Positions 39,796 through 53,688 of a stretch of 64,000 bases of DNA are shown in pieces (position 1 is the first letter of the stretch; every line of letters starts with the position of its first letter). The position numbers were made by a program, and so were the translations under genes. The DNA lies in assembly GCF_013167455.1 (NCBI RefSeq), contig NZ_CP038328.1; one strand, written 5' to 3'. The notes under the pieces are model-generated. The model was not told the origin of the DNA and made no database searches. It saw nothing but the letters and a program-made list of their open reading frames with translations. Origin of the DNA: Escherichia coli O157:H7 (lineage in GTDB: Bacteria; Pseudomonadota; Gammaproteobacteria; Enterobacterales; Enterobacteriaceae).

Positions 39796-40424
39796 GCTTC
39801 GCGCGAAGCGAGGGCCAGCGTTTTGCTCTCACGAGGTTGCAGATCTTTCTGCAGGGCAATAGCCAGCGCCGGTTGGGCGATAAATCGTTTCCACAACCGC
39901 TCTTGCTTACGCAGACAACACCACTTTGACCAGGTCGCCAGTGGAATCAATGTGCTTTCACCAATGTTGTCGCAGACGACGGGGATAACCTCTGACTCAC
40001 TAATGCGGTGACAGAGGATATTCTGCGGCTTCAGCGACATCGTCACGATACGGTTATCCTGCAAATAACGCTTCAGCTGTTTCAGTAATTGGCGCAGTTG
40101 TGCAACGTCTTCTTCGTAACGGCATTGTTCAGCAAATTCGGTCAGCGTAATGGAGGGCTTGCCGTCAAAATCAGCAATCACATCATAAACATAACCGGTT
40201 CCGCAATCCGTCTCGACGGTACCGTGATAGCGCGGTATTCCACTCCAGTCTTTTAACCGGCGACCAAGATGCGCGTAGTACTTTAACTCACGACGGATCT
40301 CTTTATCGCCACCATCGCCACGATGGTAGACAATCTTGATACAGCGTTGGGCATCTTCCGGATGCGCATAACATTTCCGATGTCTTCCGGTGCCCAGGGG
40401 ACTTTGTTCAGATAAGCGAATCAT
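39792..40424 (-). CDS. yrbL: Uncharacterised protein YrbL (PhoP-regulated in E. coli)
   Basis: 210-aa ORF matching YrbL. Confidence 0.8.
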   Translation of the reverse strand: MIRLSEQSPLGTGRHRKCYAHPEDAQRCIKIVYHRGDGGDKEIRRELKYYAHLGRRLKDWSGIPRYHGTVETDCGTGYVYDVIADFDGKPSITLTEFAEQCRYEEDVAQLRQLLKQLKRYLQDNRIVTMSLKPQNILCHRISESEVIPVVCDNIGESTLIPLATWSKWCCLRKQERLWKRFIAQPALAIALQKDLQPRESKTLALASREA

Positions 40425-40474
40425 GCCATCTCCTGGAAATATTTTCTGACGATCTCCAGTATGGTCGATTAACT

Positions 40475-40491
40475 TAAACGAAACCTAAACA
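40475..40491 (-). promoter_or_regulatory. PhoP-box-like direct repeat upstream of yrbL
   Basis: minus strand TGTTTAggtttCGTTTA (hexamer, 5-nt spacer, hexamer), about 50 bp upstream of the yrbL start codon. Confidence 0.5.
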
Positions 40492-40495
40492 ATGC

Positions 40496-40517
40496 TTCTT
40501 AAGGTTTTCTTAAGGTT
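40496..40517. repeat. Perfect tandem 11-bp direct repeat (TTCTTAAGGTT x2)
   Basis: ttcttaaggtt ttcttaaggtt, immediately beside the PhoP-box-like site in the npr-yrbL spacer. Confidence 0.6.
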
Positions 40518-40637
40518 CTTCTGAAAGTAAAAAGCGCACGAAATGTACAATTGACGTTGATTGAGAACGATTTCAGTACGTGATTTTCTTATTGTCGGGG
40601 GGAGTTTGAAGGGAGTTGTATGTCAAAGTGATGAAGA

Positions 40638-40910
40638 TTAATCTTCATCAAAACCAGAATTAAAGAGGGCGATAACGGCGGCCAGTGCTTCCTCTTCCTG
40701 TGGACCGGTCGCTTCAACTTCAATCTGCCGTCCTTTGGCAGAATCCAACATCAGCAGCGCAATAACGCTGTTGGCTTCAGCCTCGGTGCCTTCGTCATTA
40801 CGTAACAGCACTTCAGCGTCAAAACCCTGCATTAATTCAAACAGCTTCATTGCAGGCCGGGCATGCATGCCCAGCTTGTTTGTGATTTCAACAGTTTGCT
40901 TGACAGTCAT
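40638..40910 (-). CDS. npr: Nitrogen-PTS phosphocarrier protein NPr
   Basis: 90-aa HPr-like protein with the active-site His context GMHARPA. Confidence 0.9.
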
Positions 40911-41761
40911 GGTTTACGTTTTTCCAGCGTACGATGGCGTGACTGGACGTTTTTACCGCGCGAGCGGAAGTAGTCTGCCAGTTGCTCTGCAATATACACC
41001 GAACGGTGCTTCCCGCCGGTACAACCAATGGCGACCGTCAAGTAGCTACGGTTGTTGGTTTCCAGCATAGGTAACCATAGCTCAAGATAGCTTCGCGTCT
41101 GGTAGATAAAATTGTGTACTTCTGTGTGGCGGTCGAGGAACGCGGCGACAGGCTTATCAAGACCTGTCATTGGACGCAGTTTCGGATCCCAGTGCGGGTT
41201 CGGCAAGAAGCGCACGTCAAAGACGTAATCTGCATCGATAGGGATACCGTGTTTGAAGCCGAAAGACTCAAAGACCATTGTCAGTTCGCGTTCACGTTTA
41301 CCCAGCAGACGGGTACGCAGCATTTCTGCCAGCTCGTGAACGGACATTTCTGAGGTATCGACAATCAGATCCGCTCGCGAACGCAGAGGCTCCAGCAGAT
41401 CGCTTTCTTTGTCGATAGCACTTTCCAGCGACAGGTTTTTGCTGGAAAGCGGATGCAGTCGGCGCGTGTCACTGTAACGACGAATTAAGGTATTACGGTC
41501 GGCATCCAGGAACAGTAGTTGCGGTGAGAAAGCGTCAGGCAGGTTACTCATCGCCTGTTCGAATATTTCTGGTGACTCCGGCATATTACGAACATCAATG
41601 CTGACGGCGGCAGAAATCTCGCGATCGGCCAGGGTTCGAGCCAGATCGGGTAACAACACTACGGGAAGGTTATCCACGCAGTAAAAACCCATATCTTCCA
41701 GCGCACGCAGGGCGACAGATTTACCTGAACCTGAACGTCCGCTGACGATCATCAGTACCAT
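40907..41761 (-). CDS. rapZ: RNase adaptor protein RapZ (YhbJ)
   Basis: 284 aa; P-loop GRSGSGKS. Confidence 0.9.
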
Positions 41762-41806
41762 GTACTGTTTCTCCTCACAACGTCTAAAAGAGACATTACC
41801 GAATAA

Positions 41807-42298
41807 CTACGCTTCATCCGGAGTACCTTTGGTATCCGTAATGATTTGATACAGCTCTTCATCGCTCTGGGCTGCGCGTAAACGGCGGCAGATGGTTTTG
41901 TCCGCCAGACGTTTCGCCACCAGCGACAGAGTATGCAGGTGCGTTTTAGTTTGGTCTGCCGGCACCAGCAGGGCAAAAAGTAAGTCCACCGGTTGGTTGT
42001 CGATGGCATCGAAAGCTATAGGCGTTTCGAGCTGAACGAAAACGCCAACGGCACGCAGAGTATCTTCTTCCAGTTTGCCATGCGGAATGGCAATACCATT
42101 GCCGATACCGGTACTGCCCATTTTTTCCCGCGTCAGGATAGCTTCAAAAACCACCTGAGGCGGTAGGCTAAGTTGTTTCGCCGCCAGCTCGCTGATGATT
42201 TCCAGGGCGCGTTTTTTGCTCTGACAGTGGACGCGGCTTCGCGTACATTCCCTGTTAAGAACACTGCTAAGCTGTAGAGTTGTATCATTATTTGTCAT
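41807..42298 (-). CDS. ptsN: Nitrogen-PTS enzyme IIA-Ntr
   Basis: 163 aa from ATG 42298 (MTNNDTTLQLSSVLNRE...). Confidence 0.9.
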   Translation of the reverse strand: MTNNDTTLQLSSVLNRECTRSRVHCQSKKRALEIISELAAKQLSLPPQVVFEAILTREKMGSTGIGNGIAIPHGKLEEDTLRAVGVFVQLETPIAFDAIDNQPVDLLFALLVPADQTKTHLHTLSLVAKRLADKTICRRLRAAQSDEELYQIITDTKGTPDEA

Positions 42299-42415
42299 AA
42301 TTTCACCTAAGAACCTGCCCACTCAAACAGTGGAACAGGCTCGGAGCATTAACCGTACAAATGGCCCGTTGTGCCGCACAACAGGCCGCCATGCACATGC
42401 TAATTGCCCGGACAA

Positions 42416-42703
42416 TTAGTGTTGTTTCAGTTTATCTTTATGTTTGGTCAACTGGCGTGCCAGCTTATCAATTAAGCCATCAATGGCAGCGTACATGTCC
42501 TGACCTTCCGCGCTGGCATGAATTTCACCACCGTTTACATGCAGTGTTGCATCTGAGGTGTGGGTGACTTTCTCCACTTTCAGAACAACATAGACCTGGT
42601 TGATTCGGTCAAAATATTGCTCAAGTTTGGCAAATTTGGCTGTAACAAATTCGCGCAGTGCCTCGGTGATCTCGACGTTATTTCCGGTAATGTTGAGCTG
42701 CAT
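42416..42703 (-). CDS. hpf: Ribosome hibernation promoting factor
   Basis: 95 aa from ATG 42703 (MQLNITGNNVEITEALREFV...); the ORF-track N-terminal extension overlaps rpoN and is rejected. Confidence 0.9.
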   Translation of the reverse strand: MQLNITGNNVEITEALREFVTAKFAKLEQYFDRINQVYVVLKVEKVTHTSDATLHVNGGEIHASAEGQDMYAAIDGLIDKLARQLTKHKDKLKQH

Positions 42704-42725
42704 AGTGTCTTCCTTATCGGTTGGG

Positions 42726-44159
42726 TCAAACGAGCTGTTTACGCTGGTTTGACGGCGGAATGGATAAAGACTCTCGGTACTTCGCAACAGTGCGGCGTGC
42801 CACCATGATACCTTGTTCCGACAGCAAAGAGGTTAACTTGCTGTCGCTCAACGGTTTCGCTGGGTTTTCCGCCGCGATTAATTTCTTCACCAGCGCACGA
42901 ATCGCCGTGGAGGAAGCTTCGCCGCCGCCCTCGGTATTGACGTGACTGGAAAAGAAATACTTCAGTTCAAAAATGCCTCGTGGACTATGCAGGTATTTTT
43001 GCGTGGTCACGCGAGATATCGTCGATTCATGCATTTCGACAGCCTGGGCGATATCGGCCAGTACCATCGGTTTCATATATTCTTCGCCTTGCTCAAAGAA
43101 GGCTTGCTGCTGTTCAACGATACAGCGACTCACGCGCAGTAGCGTATCGTTACGGCTTTCCAGACTCTTGATCAACCATTTGGCATCTTGCAGATTGCTG
43201 CGGATAAACTGGCTGTCACCATCATTGCGCGCGTTATTGCACATCGAGGCGTAGTGCTGGTTGATTTGCAGACGAGGAATGCTGTCACTGTTGAGTTCTA
43301 CCGTCCAGTGACCGTTATGCTTACGCACCAGCACATCTGGAATGACATACTCAGGTTCGCCAGTCTGGATCGATTGCCCGGGGCGCGGATCGAGCGACTG
43401 GATCAGATTGACGGCTTCTTTCAGCACATCTTCTTTCAGACGCGTGACGCGCATTAAAGTGCGGAAGTCGTGATTGGCTAACAGATCGAGATGATCGCTA
43501 ATGATCAGTCTGGCCTCTTCCAGCCACGGCGTGGTTTTATCGAATTGGGAGAGTTGGATCAGCAGGCAGTCACGCAGATCTTTTGCCGCCACACCGACCG
43601 GATCAAACCGTTGGATCCGCTTAAGGACGGCTTCAACTTCGTCGATGTCGATCTCTTCATCGCCCATACTTTCGAGAATATCTTCCAGCGGGACAGTCAG
43701 ATAACCGGTGTCATCAACGGCATCGACGATAGAGGTAGCAATAGCGCGGTCAGTGTCGGAAAACGGTGTCAGCTCGACCTGCCACATCAGGTAATCCTGC
43801 AAGGTCTGCGTCGTTTCGCCCTGATAGACCGGCAGCTCGTCGTCAATGTAGTCACCGCTGGTGCCGGATGGTGTACCAGCGGTGTAAATGGTGTCCCAAC
43901 TGGCATCGAGCGGCAGCTCTTCCGGCATCTCTTTTTGTTCGAGCGCGTCGGCGGTGTCCAGCGTTTCACTGTCTTGCGTTTCGCGGGTGTCGATTTCTTC
44001 ATGAGTGTCGATTTGCTCAAGCAGCGGATTACTCTCCAGCGCCTGCTGTAGCTCCTGCTGAAGTTCCAGCGTCGACAACTGCAACAGACGAATTGCCTGT
44101 TGGAGCTGTGGCGTCATCGCCAGTTGTTGGCTAAGCCTGAGTTGCAAACCTTGCTTCAT
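42726..44159 (-). CDS. rpoN: RNA polymerase sigma-54 factor
   Basis: 477 aa; C-terminal RpoN box [10 protein letters not shown]. Confidence 0.95.
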   Translation of the reverse strand: MKQGLQLRLSQQLAMTPQLQQAIRLLQLSTLELQQELQQALESNPLLEQIDTHEEIDTRETQDSETLDTADALEQKEMPEELPLDASWDTIYTAGTPSGTSGDYIDDELPVYQGETTQTLQDYLMWQVELTPFSDTDRAIATSIVDAVDDTGYLTVPLEDILESMGDEEIDIDEVEAVLKRIQRFDPVGVAAKDLRDCLLIQLSQFDKTTPWLEEARLIISDHLDLLANHDFRTLMRVTRLKEDVLKEAVNLIQSLDPRPGQSIQTGEPEYVIPDVLVRKHNGHWTVELNSDSIPRLQINQHYASMCNNARNDGDSQFIRSNLQDAKWLIKSLESRNDTLLRVSRCIVEQQQAFFEQGEEYMKPMVLADIAQAVEMHESTISRVTTQKYLHSPRGIFELKYFFSSHVNTEGGGEASSTAIRALVKKLIAAENPAKPLSDSKLTSLLSEQGIMVARRTVAKYRESLSIPPSNQRKQLV

Positions 44160-44206
44160 GTTCAGAATCGTACTCTCCTGCTAAAACGTCGCAAACTTCT
44201 ACCCTA

Positions 44207-44932
44207 TCAGAGTCTGAAGTCTTCCCCAAGGTATACACGCTTAACGTGTTCGTCTTGTAAGATTTCTGTAGGCGTGCCGTGGGCGATCAAATGCCCCTGA
44301 CTGACGATATAAGCGCGTTCACAAACCGCCAGTGTTTCACGCACGTTGTGGTCAGTGATCAGCACGCCCAGGCCGCTGTCGCGCAGGTGCTCAATGATGC
44401 GTTTAATGTCGATAACTGAGATCGGGTCAACCCCGGCAAACGGTTCGTCGAGCAGAATAAATTTCGGATTCGCAGCCAGTGCGCGGGCAATTTCTACACG
44501 GCGACGTTCACCCCCGGAGAGTGACTGCCCCATGCTGTCACGCAGGTGCTCAATGTGAAACTCTTCCATCAGCTCGTTCGCGCGGTCTTCACGCTGTTCA
44601 GCAGACAAGTCGTCACGAATTTGCAGTACCGCCATCAGGTTATCGTAAACGCTGAGGCGACGGAAAATGGAGGCTTCCTGTGGCAGATAGCCGATACCGC
44701 GGCGCGCGCGTGCATGCAGAGGTAGCAGACTGATATCGTCATCATCAATAATGATGTTGCCCGCATCGCGCGGCACAATGCCTACAACCATGTAGAAAGT
44801 GGTGGTCTTACCGGCACCGTTTGGCCCCAGCAGACCGACAATTTCCCCGGAGTTGACGGTCAGGCTGACGTCTTCTACCACGCGACGGCCTTTATAGGCT
44901 TTTGCAAGGTTCTTTGCAGTTAATGTTGCCAT
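44207..44932 (-). CDS. lptB: LPS export ABC transporter ATPase LptB
   Basis: 241 aa; Walker [10 protein letters not shown]; signature LSGGERRR. Confidence 0.95.
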
Positions 44933-44938
44933 AACGAA

Positions 44939-45496
44939 TTAATTACCCTTCTTCTGTGCCGGGGTCTGGCCTTTGTTGTTTTTGTCCTGCAGCTGCGACG
45001 GCACCAGAACGGTGGTTACACGCTTGCCTTTGTCGCTGAAAGCCTGCATTTTCTGCTCTTTCACCAGGTAAGTGATCTTATCGCCCTTAATGTTGCTATC
45101 GACCTGCTGCAGATAAGCATTACCCGTCAGAACGACAAAATCTTTTGCCAGTTCGTAGTGCATCTGGGAAGCGTGACCTTCAACGGGTTTACCGTTGTCC
45201 TGCATCTGGTAGAACGTTGCCGGTTTACCGTAGCCGTCAATCACTTCTTTACCTTGTTCGCCACCCGGACGGGTAACGACCACTTTGTCGGCATTAATTT
45301 TTATGGTGCCCTGGGTGACGATGACATTACCGGTAAAGGTAACCACGTTGCCTTGCATATCAAGAGATTGCTGGTCCGATTCAATGTGTATCGGCTGATC
45401 AGTGTCTCCGGTTACGGCAAATGCCGGAATGCTGGCGGCCAGAAGTGAGCTGGCAAGCACAAGATTAAGGCTGAGTTTGTTTGTTTTGAATTTCAT
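44939..45496 (-). CDS. lptA: Periplasmic LPS transport protein LptA
   Basis: 185 aa from ATG 45496 with signal peptide MKFKTNKLSLNLVLASSLLAASIPAFA. Confidence 0.9.
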   Translation of the reverse strand: MKFKTNKLSLNLVLASSLLAASIPAFAVTGDTDQPIHIESDQQSLDMQGNVVTFTGNVIVTQGTIKINADKVVVTRPGGEQGKEVIDGYGKPATFYQMQDNGKPVEGHASQMHYELAKDFVVLTGNAYLQQVDSNIKGDKITYLVKEQKMQAFSDKGKRVTTVLVPSQLQDKNNKGQTPAQKKGN

Positions 45497-46040
45497 AGGA
45501 TGTTCTAACCTTTTCAATCAGCTCGGCGTTCTTGCTGCGTAAGTTGCCGCGCATTTTCAGACCGCTGGAGTTAAATGTTGTTCCGTATAACGTGACGAGG
45601 TCTTCAGAGGTAACATCCTGCGTCACCAGATTGATCTGCGCGTTATCCGTCGTGATTCTGCGAAGTTGAGAGTCCGGCACAAGTGCGTTGACTTCAACGT
45701 GTCCATATAAATAGAGCATCCGGTCATTGGTCAGCTTGGCTTTATCTGCTTTTACGGACCATGTCGGGATTTTATCCTTATCAAACGTGGTAAGTACCGG
45801 CTGCGTAAACCACGAAACGGCCTGATCGGAATAATATTCAACGTGTTGAGCAATCAATCGATAGCTTAGCGCCCCTTCTGGGTTATAGACGAGCGTGTCC
45901 GTATGCTCGCTTTTATAGGTGGGATCATTGTTGTTGACGACCACCTGGGCGGTATCGTCTTTTTCGGCCATATTAATACCGATCATCACCAGAACCGCCA
46001 GTGATAGCACAATGATAACCCAACGTCTGGCTTTACTCAT
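45465..46040 (-). CDS. lptC: LPS export inner-membrane anchor LptC
   Basis: 191 aa; N-terminal TM; 3' end overlaps the lptA start by 32 nt. Confidence 0.9.
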   Translation of the reverse strand: MSKARRWVIIVLSLAVLVMIGINMAEKDDTAQVVVNNNDPTYKSEHTDTLVYNPEGALSYRLIAQHVEYYSDQAVSWFTQPVLTTFDKDKIPTWSVKADKAKLTNDRMLYLYGHVEVNALVPDSQLRRITTDNAQINLVTQDVTSEDLVTLYGTTFNSSGLKMRGNLRSKNAELIEKVRTSYEIQNKQTQP

Positions 46041-46603
46041 ATCGATTGCCCTTTGGCTTCATCCAGTTTGCCCTGCGCCAGGAGTAATAAGTCGCAAACT
46101 TCTCGCACTGCGCCACGACCGCCAGCAATGCGCGTCACGTAATCGGCGCGCGGGATCAACAGTGGATGCGCATCGGCCACGGCGACGCTTAAACCCACTT
46201 TTTCCATTACCGGCCAATCGATGAGATCATCGCCGACATAAGCCACATTTTCCGGGGCAATCGCCAATTTTTCCAGCAGATCGCTAAAGGCGATCAGTTT
46301 GTTTGACTGCCCCTGATACAAGTGAGTGATCCCCAATGTGGCACAACGATCTTCTACCAGTTTAGCCTTTCGCCCGGTAATGATAGCGACTTCAATATCA
46401 GAGGTGAGCGCACAACGAATGCCATAACCGTCACGAACATTGAACGCTTTCAGCTCTTCGCCGTTATTGCCCATATAAATCAGGCCATCTGACAGTACGC
46501 CATCAACGTCGAGGATTAGCAGACGAATGTTCTCTGCTTTTGCTATAACGTCGGCGCTGACAGGGCCGTAACAGGTCGCAAGCGACGCACCTGCTTTGCT
46601 CAT
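46037..46603 (-). CDS. kdsC: KDO 8-phosphate phosphatase (HAD family)
   Basis: 188 aa; HAD motif LILDVDGVL; stop overlaps the lptC start (ATGA). Confidence 0.9.
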   Translation of the reverse strand: MSKAGASLATCYGPVSADVIAKAENIRLLILDVDGVLSDGLIYMGNNGEELKAFNVRDGYGIRCALTSDIEVAIITGRKAKLVEDRCATLGITHLYQGQSNKLIAFSDLLEKLAIAPENVAYVGDDLIDWPVMEKVGLSVAVADAHPLLIPRADYVTRIAGGRGAVREVCDLLLLAQGKLDEAKGQSI

Positions 46604-46623
46604 TGTTGTTTATCCTTGAATCT

Positions 46624-47610
46624 TTACACTACGCCTGCACGCAGTAAATCATGCATATGTAACACACCGAGTAAATGGTCGCCATCGGCAACCATCACGG
46701 AGGTGATATGGCGGGACTGCATTAAGTTCAGTGCCTCAACGGCCAGAATGCCAGGGCGCACGCGTATTCCCCCCGGCGTCATCACATCGGCAATACTTAA
46801 CTGACGAACATCCACGCCCATATCGAAGACACGGCGTAAATCACCGTCGGTAAAGATGCCTTCAATCATCATATTGTCATCGCAAATGACAGTCATACCA
46901 AGATTTTTGCGGGTAACTTCCAGCAATGCGTCACGCAGACTGGCCGTTTTCTTAACATGCGGGATCTCATCGCCCGTATGCATAATATCGTTTACGCGCA
47001 GCAGAAGTTTACGACCCAGTGCGCCGCCTGGGTGTGAGAGCGCAAAATCTTCAGCAGTAAAGCCGCGTGCTTTTAACAGCGCGACAGCGAGGGCATCGCC
47101 CATAACCAGCGTGGCGGTGGTGCTGCTGGTCGGTGCCAGCCCTAACGGACAGGCTTCTTTCGCTACTTTAACACACAGATGCACATCTGCGGCGCGCGCC
47201 ATGCTGCTCTCCGGGCGACCGGTGATGCAGATTAACGGTATGTGAAGACGCTTAAGCACTGGAATTAAGGCAGTGATTTCGCTGGATTCACCTGAGTTAG
47301 AGATAGCAATCACCACATCCTGTGGGGTGACCATGCCTAAATCACCATGCGCGGCTTCACCAGGATGGACGAAAAATGAAGGTGTACCGGTGCTGGCAAA
47401 CGTTGCGGCCATTTTGCGCCCGATGTGCCCCGATTTCCCCATCCCCATGACGACAACTTTCCCTTTACACCAGAACATCTTTTCACAGGCAAGCGTGAAA
47501 TTCTGATTGATGTATTGATCAAGCTCCGCCAGGCATTCACGTTCAATCGCCAGGACTTCTTTACCTGCTTGCTGAAAGTCAAAACCCGGTTGTAACTCTA
47601 CGTGCGACAT
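46624..47610 (-). CDS. kdsD: D-arabinose 5-phosphate isomerase (SIS plus CBS domains)
   Basis: 328 aa from ATG 47610 (MSHVELQPGFDFQQAGKEVL...). Confidence 0.9.
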   Translation of the reverse strand: MSHVELQPGFDFQQAGKEVLAIERECLAELDQYINQNFTLACEKMFWCKGKVVVMGMGKSGHIGRKMAATFASTGTPSFFVHPGEAAHGDLGMVTPQDVVIAISNSGESSEITALIPVLKRLHIPLICITGRPESSMARAADVHLCVKVAKEACPLGLAPTSSTTATLVMGDALAVALLKARGFTAEDFALSHPGGALGRKLLLRVNDIMHTGDEIPHVKKTASLRDALLEVTRKNLGMTVICDDNMMIEGIFTDGDLRRVFDMGVDVRQLSIADVMTPGGIRVRPGILAVEALNLMQSRHITSVMVADGDHLLGVLHMHDLLRAGVV

Positions 47611-47623
47611 AATGCGTTTCCAG

Positions 47624-48601
47624 TTATTCAACGAGTATTGGCGATAACCAGTACAACATCGCCAGCCATACGATAAATCCGCCAGTTAATAATACCCCTA
47701 CACCACGGCCCGGTTGCGGGGAGCGCCGCCAGCACAGCAACGCAAAAATAATGCTCACCAGCAACATCACGCTGTAGTCACGACTGTACGCCAGTGGATC
47801 AATCTCTCCTGGCGTTATCAGCGCGGGTAAACCCAACACGATGACAATATTAAAAATGTTTGCGCCAATGATATTTCCGACAGCAATGTCGTTTTCACCT
47901 TTGCGAACGCCCGCTATTGCGGTTGCCAGTTCCGGCAGGCTGGTTCCGATAGCAATTGCCGTCAGACCCATCGTCAACTCGCTGATGGCAAAGTAATTCG
48001 CCAGCACCGTGGCGTTATCAACCACCATCCGCGTGGCCACTGGCATGATGATAAGCGCAATGCCGAGCCATAAAAACGCGACGGGCAATCCGCCGTCACG
48101 CGGCAGCTCTGCAAGCTGCTCTCTGGTCAGGCTGTCAGTCCCCTGACGTTCAGCCTGACGTGCAAGTTTAACAATGAACAGCAGCCATAGCACAGCCAGA
48201 AAGAGGAGAAAGATACCATCGCTGCGACTAAGTTGTCCGTCATAGAGTACGGAACCGGCCACCACGCTGACCAACAACATTAAGGGTAATTCACGGCGTA
48301 GAACATCGGAATGGACGGTAAAAGGACGAACCAGCGCAGCCAGACCGAGGATCAGCAATATATTGATAATGTTTGAGCCGAGGGCTGTACCAACGGCTAA
48401 ATCGCGTTGTTCGTGCAGAGACGCGGCAAGCGAGACGATGATTTCTGGTAACGATGTACCAATACTGACCACCGTCATGCCGATGATCAGCGGCGGGATG
48501 CCAAAGGTTCGGCAAAGAATAGACGCGGCAAAAACCAGGCGGTCGGCACTGTAAACGACCAAAAGTAAACCAACAATTAACAGTGCCGTAGCTAAAAGCA
48601 T
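47624..48601 (-). CDS. yrbG: CaCA-family cation antiporter-like inner-membrane protein YrbG
   Basis: 325-aa multi-TM protein with two GTSLPE alpha-repeat motifs. Confidence 0.85.
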   Translation of the reverse strand: MLLATALLIVGLLLVVYSADRLVFAASILCRTFGIPPLIIGMTVVSIGTSLPEIIVSLAASLHEQRDLAVGTALGSNIINILLILGLAALVRPFTVHSDVLRRELPLMLLVSVVAGSVLYDGQLSRSDGIFLLFLAVLWLLFIVKLARQAERQGTDSLTREQLAELPRDGGLPVAFLWLGIALIIMPVATRMVVDNATVLANYFAISELTMGLTAIAIGTSLPELATAIAGVRKGENDIAVGNIIGANIFNIVIVLGLPALITPGEIDPLAYSRDYSVMLLVSIIFALLCWRRSPQPGRGVGVLLTGGFIVWLAMLYWLSPILVE

Positions 48602-48810
48602 CTAACGTCCTTTCTTCAGGTATACTCGCCGGTCCGCTGAAGATTTTCAGAAAGCCGTAACGGATTCTTAATTTTGACTTTATGCGGCTAAAAAGTAAAA
48701 CAAATGCCAGCTTTCGCTAACCACGGCGGGTAATATTCTGTAAATATGTTGGGTTCAAGGTTAAATTGAGCGCCATGCTTAGAAAATCAACGCAAGACGA
48801 AGGGTGAATT

Positions 48811-50410
<1,600 letters not shown>

Positions 50411-50414
50411 GTTC

Positions 50415-50966
50415 ATGCAAACGAAAAAAAATGAAATTTGGGTGGGTATCTTTTTATTAGCAGCACTGCTGGCGGCGCTGTTTGTTTGCCTGAAGGCGGC
50501 GAACGTGACGTCAATACGTACTGAACCGACCTACACGCTTTATGCGACGTTCGATAACATTGGCGGCCTGAAAGCGCGCTCTCCGGTCAGTATTGGTGGC
50601 GTTGTTGTGGGCCGGGTGGCGGATATTACGCTGGACCCGAAAACCTATCTGCCGCGCGTAACGCTGGAAATTGAACAACGTTATAACCATATTCCTGATA
50701 CCAGTTCGCTGAGCATTCGTACTTCCGGCCTGCTGGGGGAACAATATCTGGCATTAAACGTCGGTTTTGAAGACCCGGAACTGGGGACTGCTATCCTGAA
50801 GGATGGCGATACAATTCAGGACACCAAGTCTGCGATGGTGCTGGAAGATCTCATTGGTCAGTTCCTTTACGGTAGTAAAGGCGATGACAATAAGAATAGT
50901 GGCGATGCGCCAGCTGCTGCGCCAGGTAATAATGAAACCACTGAACCTGTGGGTACAACGAAATAA
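50415..50966 (+). CDS. mlaD: MCE-domain phospholipid-binding protein MlaD
   Basis: 183 aa from ATG 50415 (MQTKKNEIWVGIFLLAALLAALFV...). Confidence 0.9.
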   Translation: MQTKKNEIWVGIFLLAALLAALFVCLKAANVTSIRTEPTYTLYATFDNIGGLKARSPVSIGGVVVGRVADITLDPKTYLPRVTLEIEQRYNHIPDTSSLSIRTSGLLGEQYLALNVGFEDPELGTAILKDGDTIQDTKSAMVLEDLIGQFLYGSKGDDNKNSGDAPAAAPGNNETTEPVGTTK

Positions 50967-51619
<653 letters not shown>

Positions 51620-51620
<1 letters not shown>

Positions 51621-51913
51621 TGAGCGAGTCACTGAGCTGGATGCAGACGGGTGACACACTGGCGTTATCCGGAGAGCTGGATCAGGACGTTCTGCTACCG
51701 CTTTGGGAAATGCGTGAGGAAGCGGTGAAGGGGATTACCTGCATCGATCTTAGCCGTGTGTCCCGCGTGGATACGGGTGGACTGGCACTGCTGCTCCATC
51801 TTATCGATCTGGCGAAAAAGCAGGGCAACAACGTGACGCTTCAGGGGGTAAACGACAAAGTGTATACCCTGGCGAAATTGTATAATTTGCCTGCTGATGT
51901 TCTGCCTCGTTAA
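51620..51913 (+). CDS. mlaB: STAS-domain protein MlaB
   Basis: 97 aa from ATG 51620 (MSESLSWMQTGDTLALSGELD...); start overlaps the mlaC stop (TAATG). Confidence 0.85.
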
Positions 51914-52072
51914 ATTTTTTCAGGCCGGATATGGCGTTAACCGCCTGTCCGGCAAACCTGCCTGCAAGTCGAGCCTTGTCTGATTTATCAGCGAGGCTTT
52001 TTGCTTATTTATGCCAGCGCAACTTTGCTCTAAGATGTTTCGCTGGTTTATTAACTGATGATTGAAGATCCC

Positions 52073-52327
52073 ATGGAAAATAATGAAATTCAGAGCGTGT
52101 TGATGAACGCTCTCTCCCTCCAGGAAGTCCACGTTTCCGGCGATGGCAGCCACTTTCAGGTTATTGCCGTGGGTGAGTTGTTTGACGGCATGAGTCGGGT
52201 TAAAAAACAGCAGACGGTCTATGGTCCGCTGATGGAATATATTGCGGATAACCGCATTCATGCTGTGTCGATCAAAGCGTATACCCCTGCGGAGTGGGCG
52301 CGCGATCGCAAACTGAACGGCTTTTGA
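52073..52327 (+). CDS. ibaG: BolA-family acid-stress protein IbaG (YrbA)
   Basis: 84 aa from ATG 52073 ([28 protein letters not shown]...). Confidence 0.85.
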
Positions 52328-52381
52328 GCTATGGGCGATTCGCCGGTAGCGGATATGAATTGTTAACTGAGAACAAACTAA

Positions 52382-53641
<1,260 letters not shown>

Positions 53642-53688
53642 TCGTCTGAGAGCTGGCAGCCCCGTTCGCGGGGCTACCGCCAGACCAC

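Noticed and set aside
40496-40517. Possible CRISPR or other repeat array
   Set aside because: Only two copies of an 11-bp unit with no spacers and no cas genes anywhere in the window; annotated as a simple tandem repeat.
43491-44051. 186-aa plus-strand ORF
   Set aside because: Antisense within rpoN.
53658-53676. Hairpin (cagccccgttcgcggggct) between murA and sfsB as a terminator
   Set aside because: GC-rich stem but no U-tract on either strand, so not called an intrinsic terminator.
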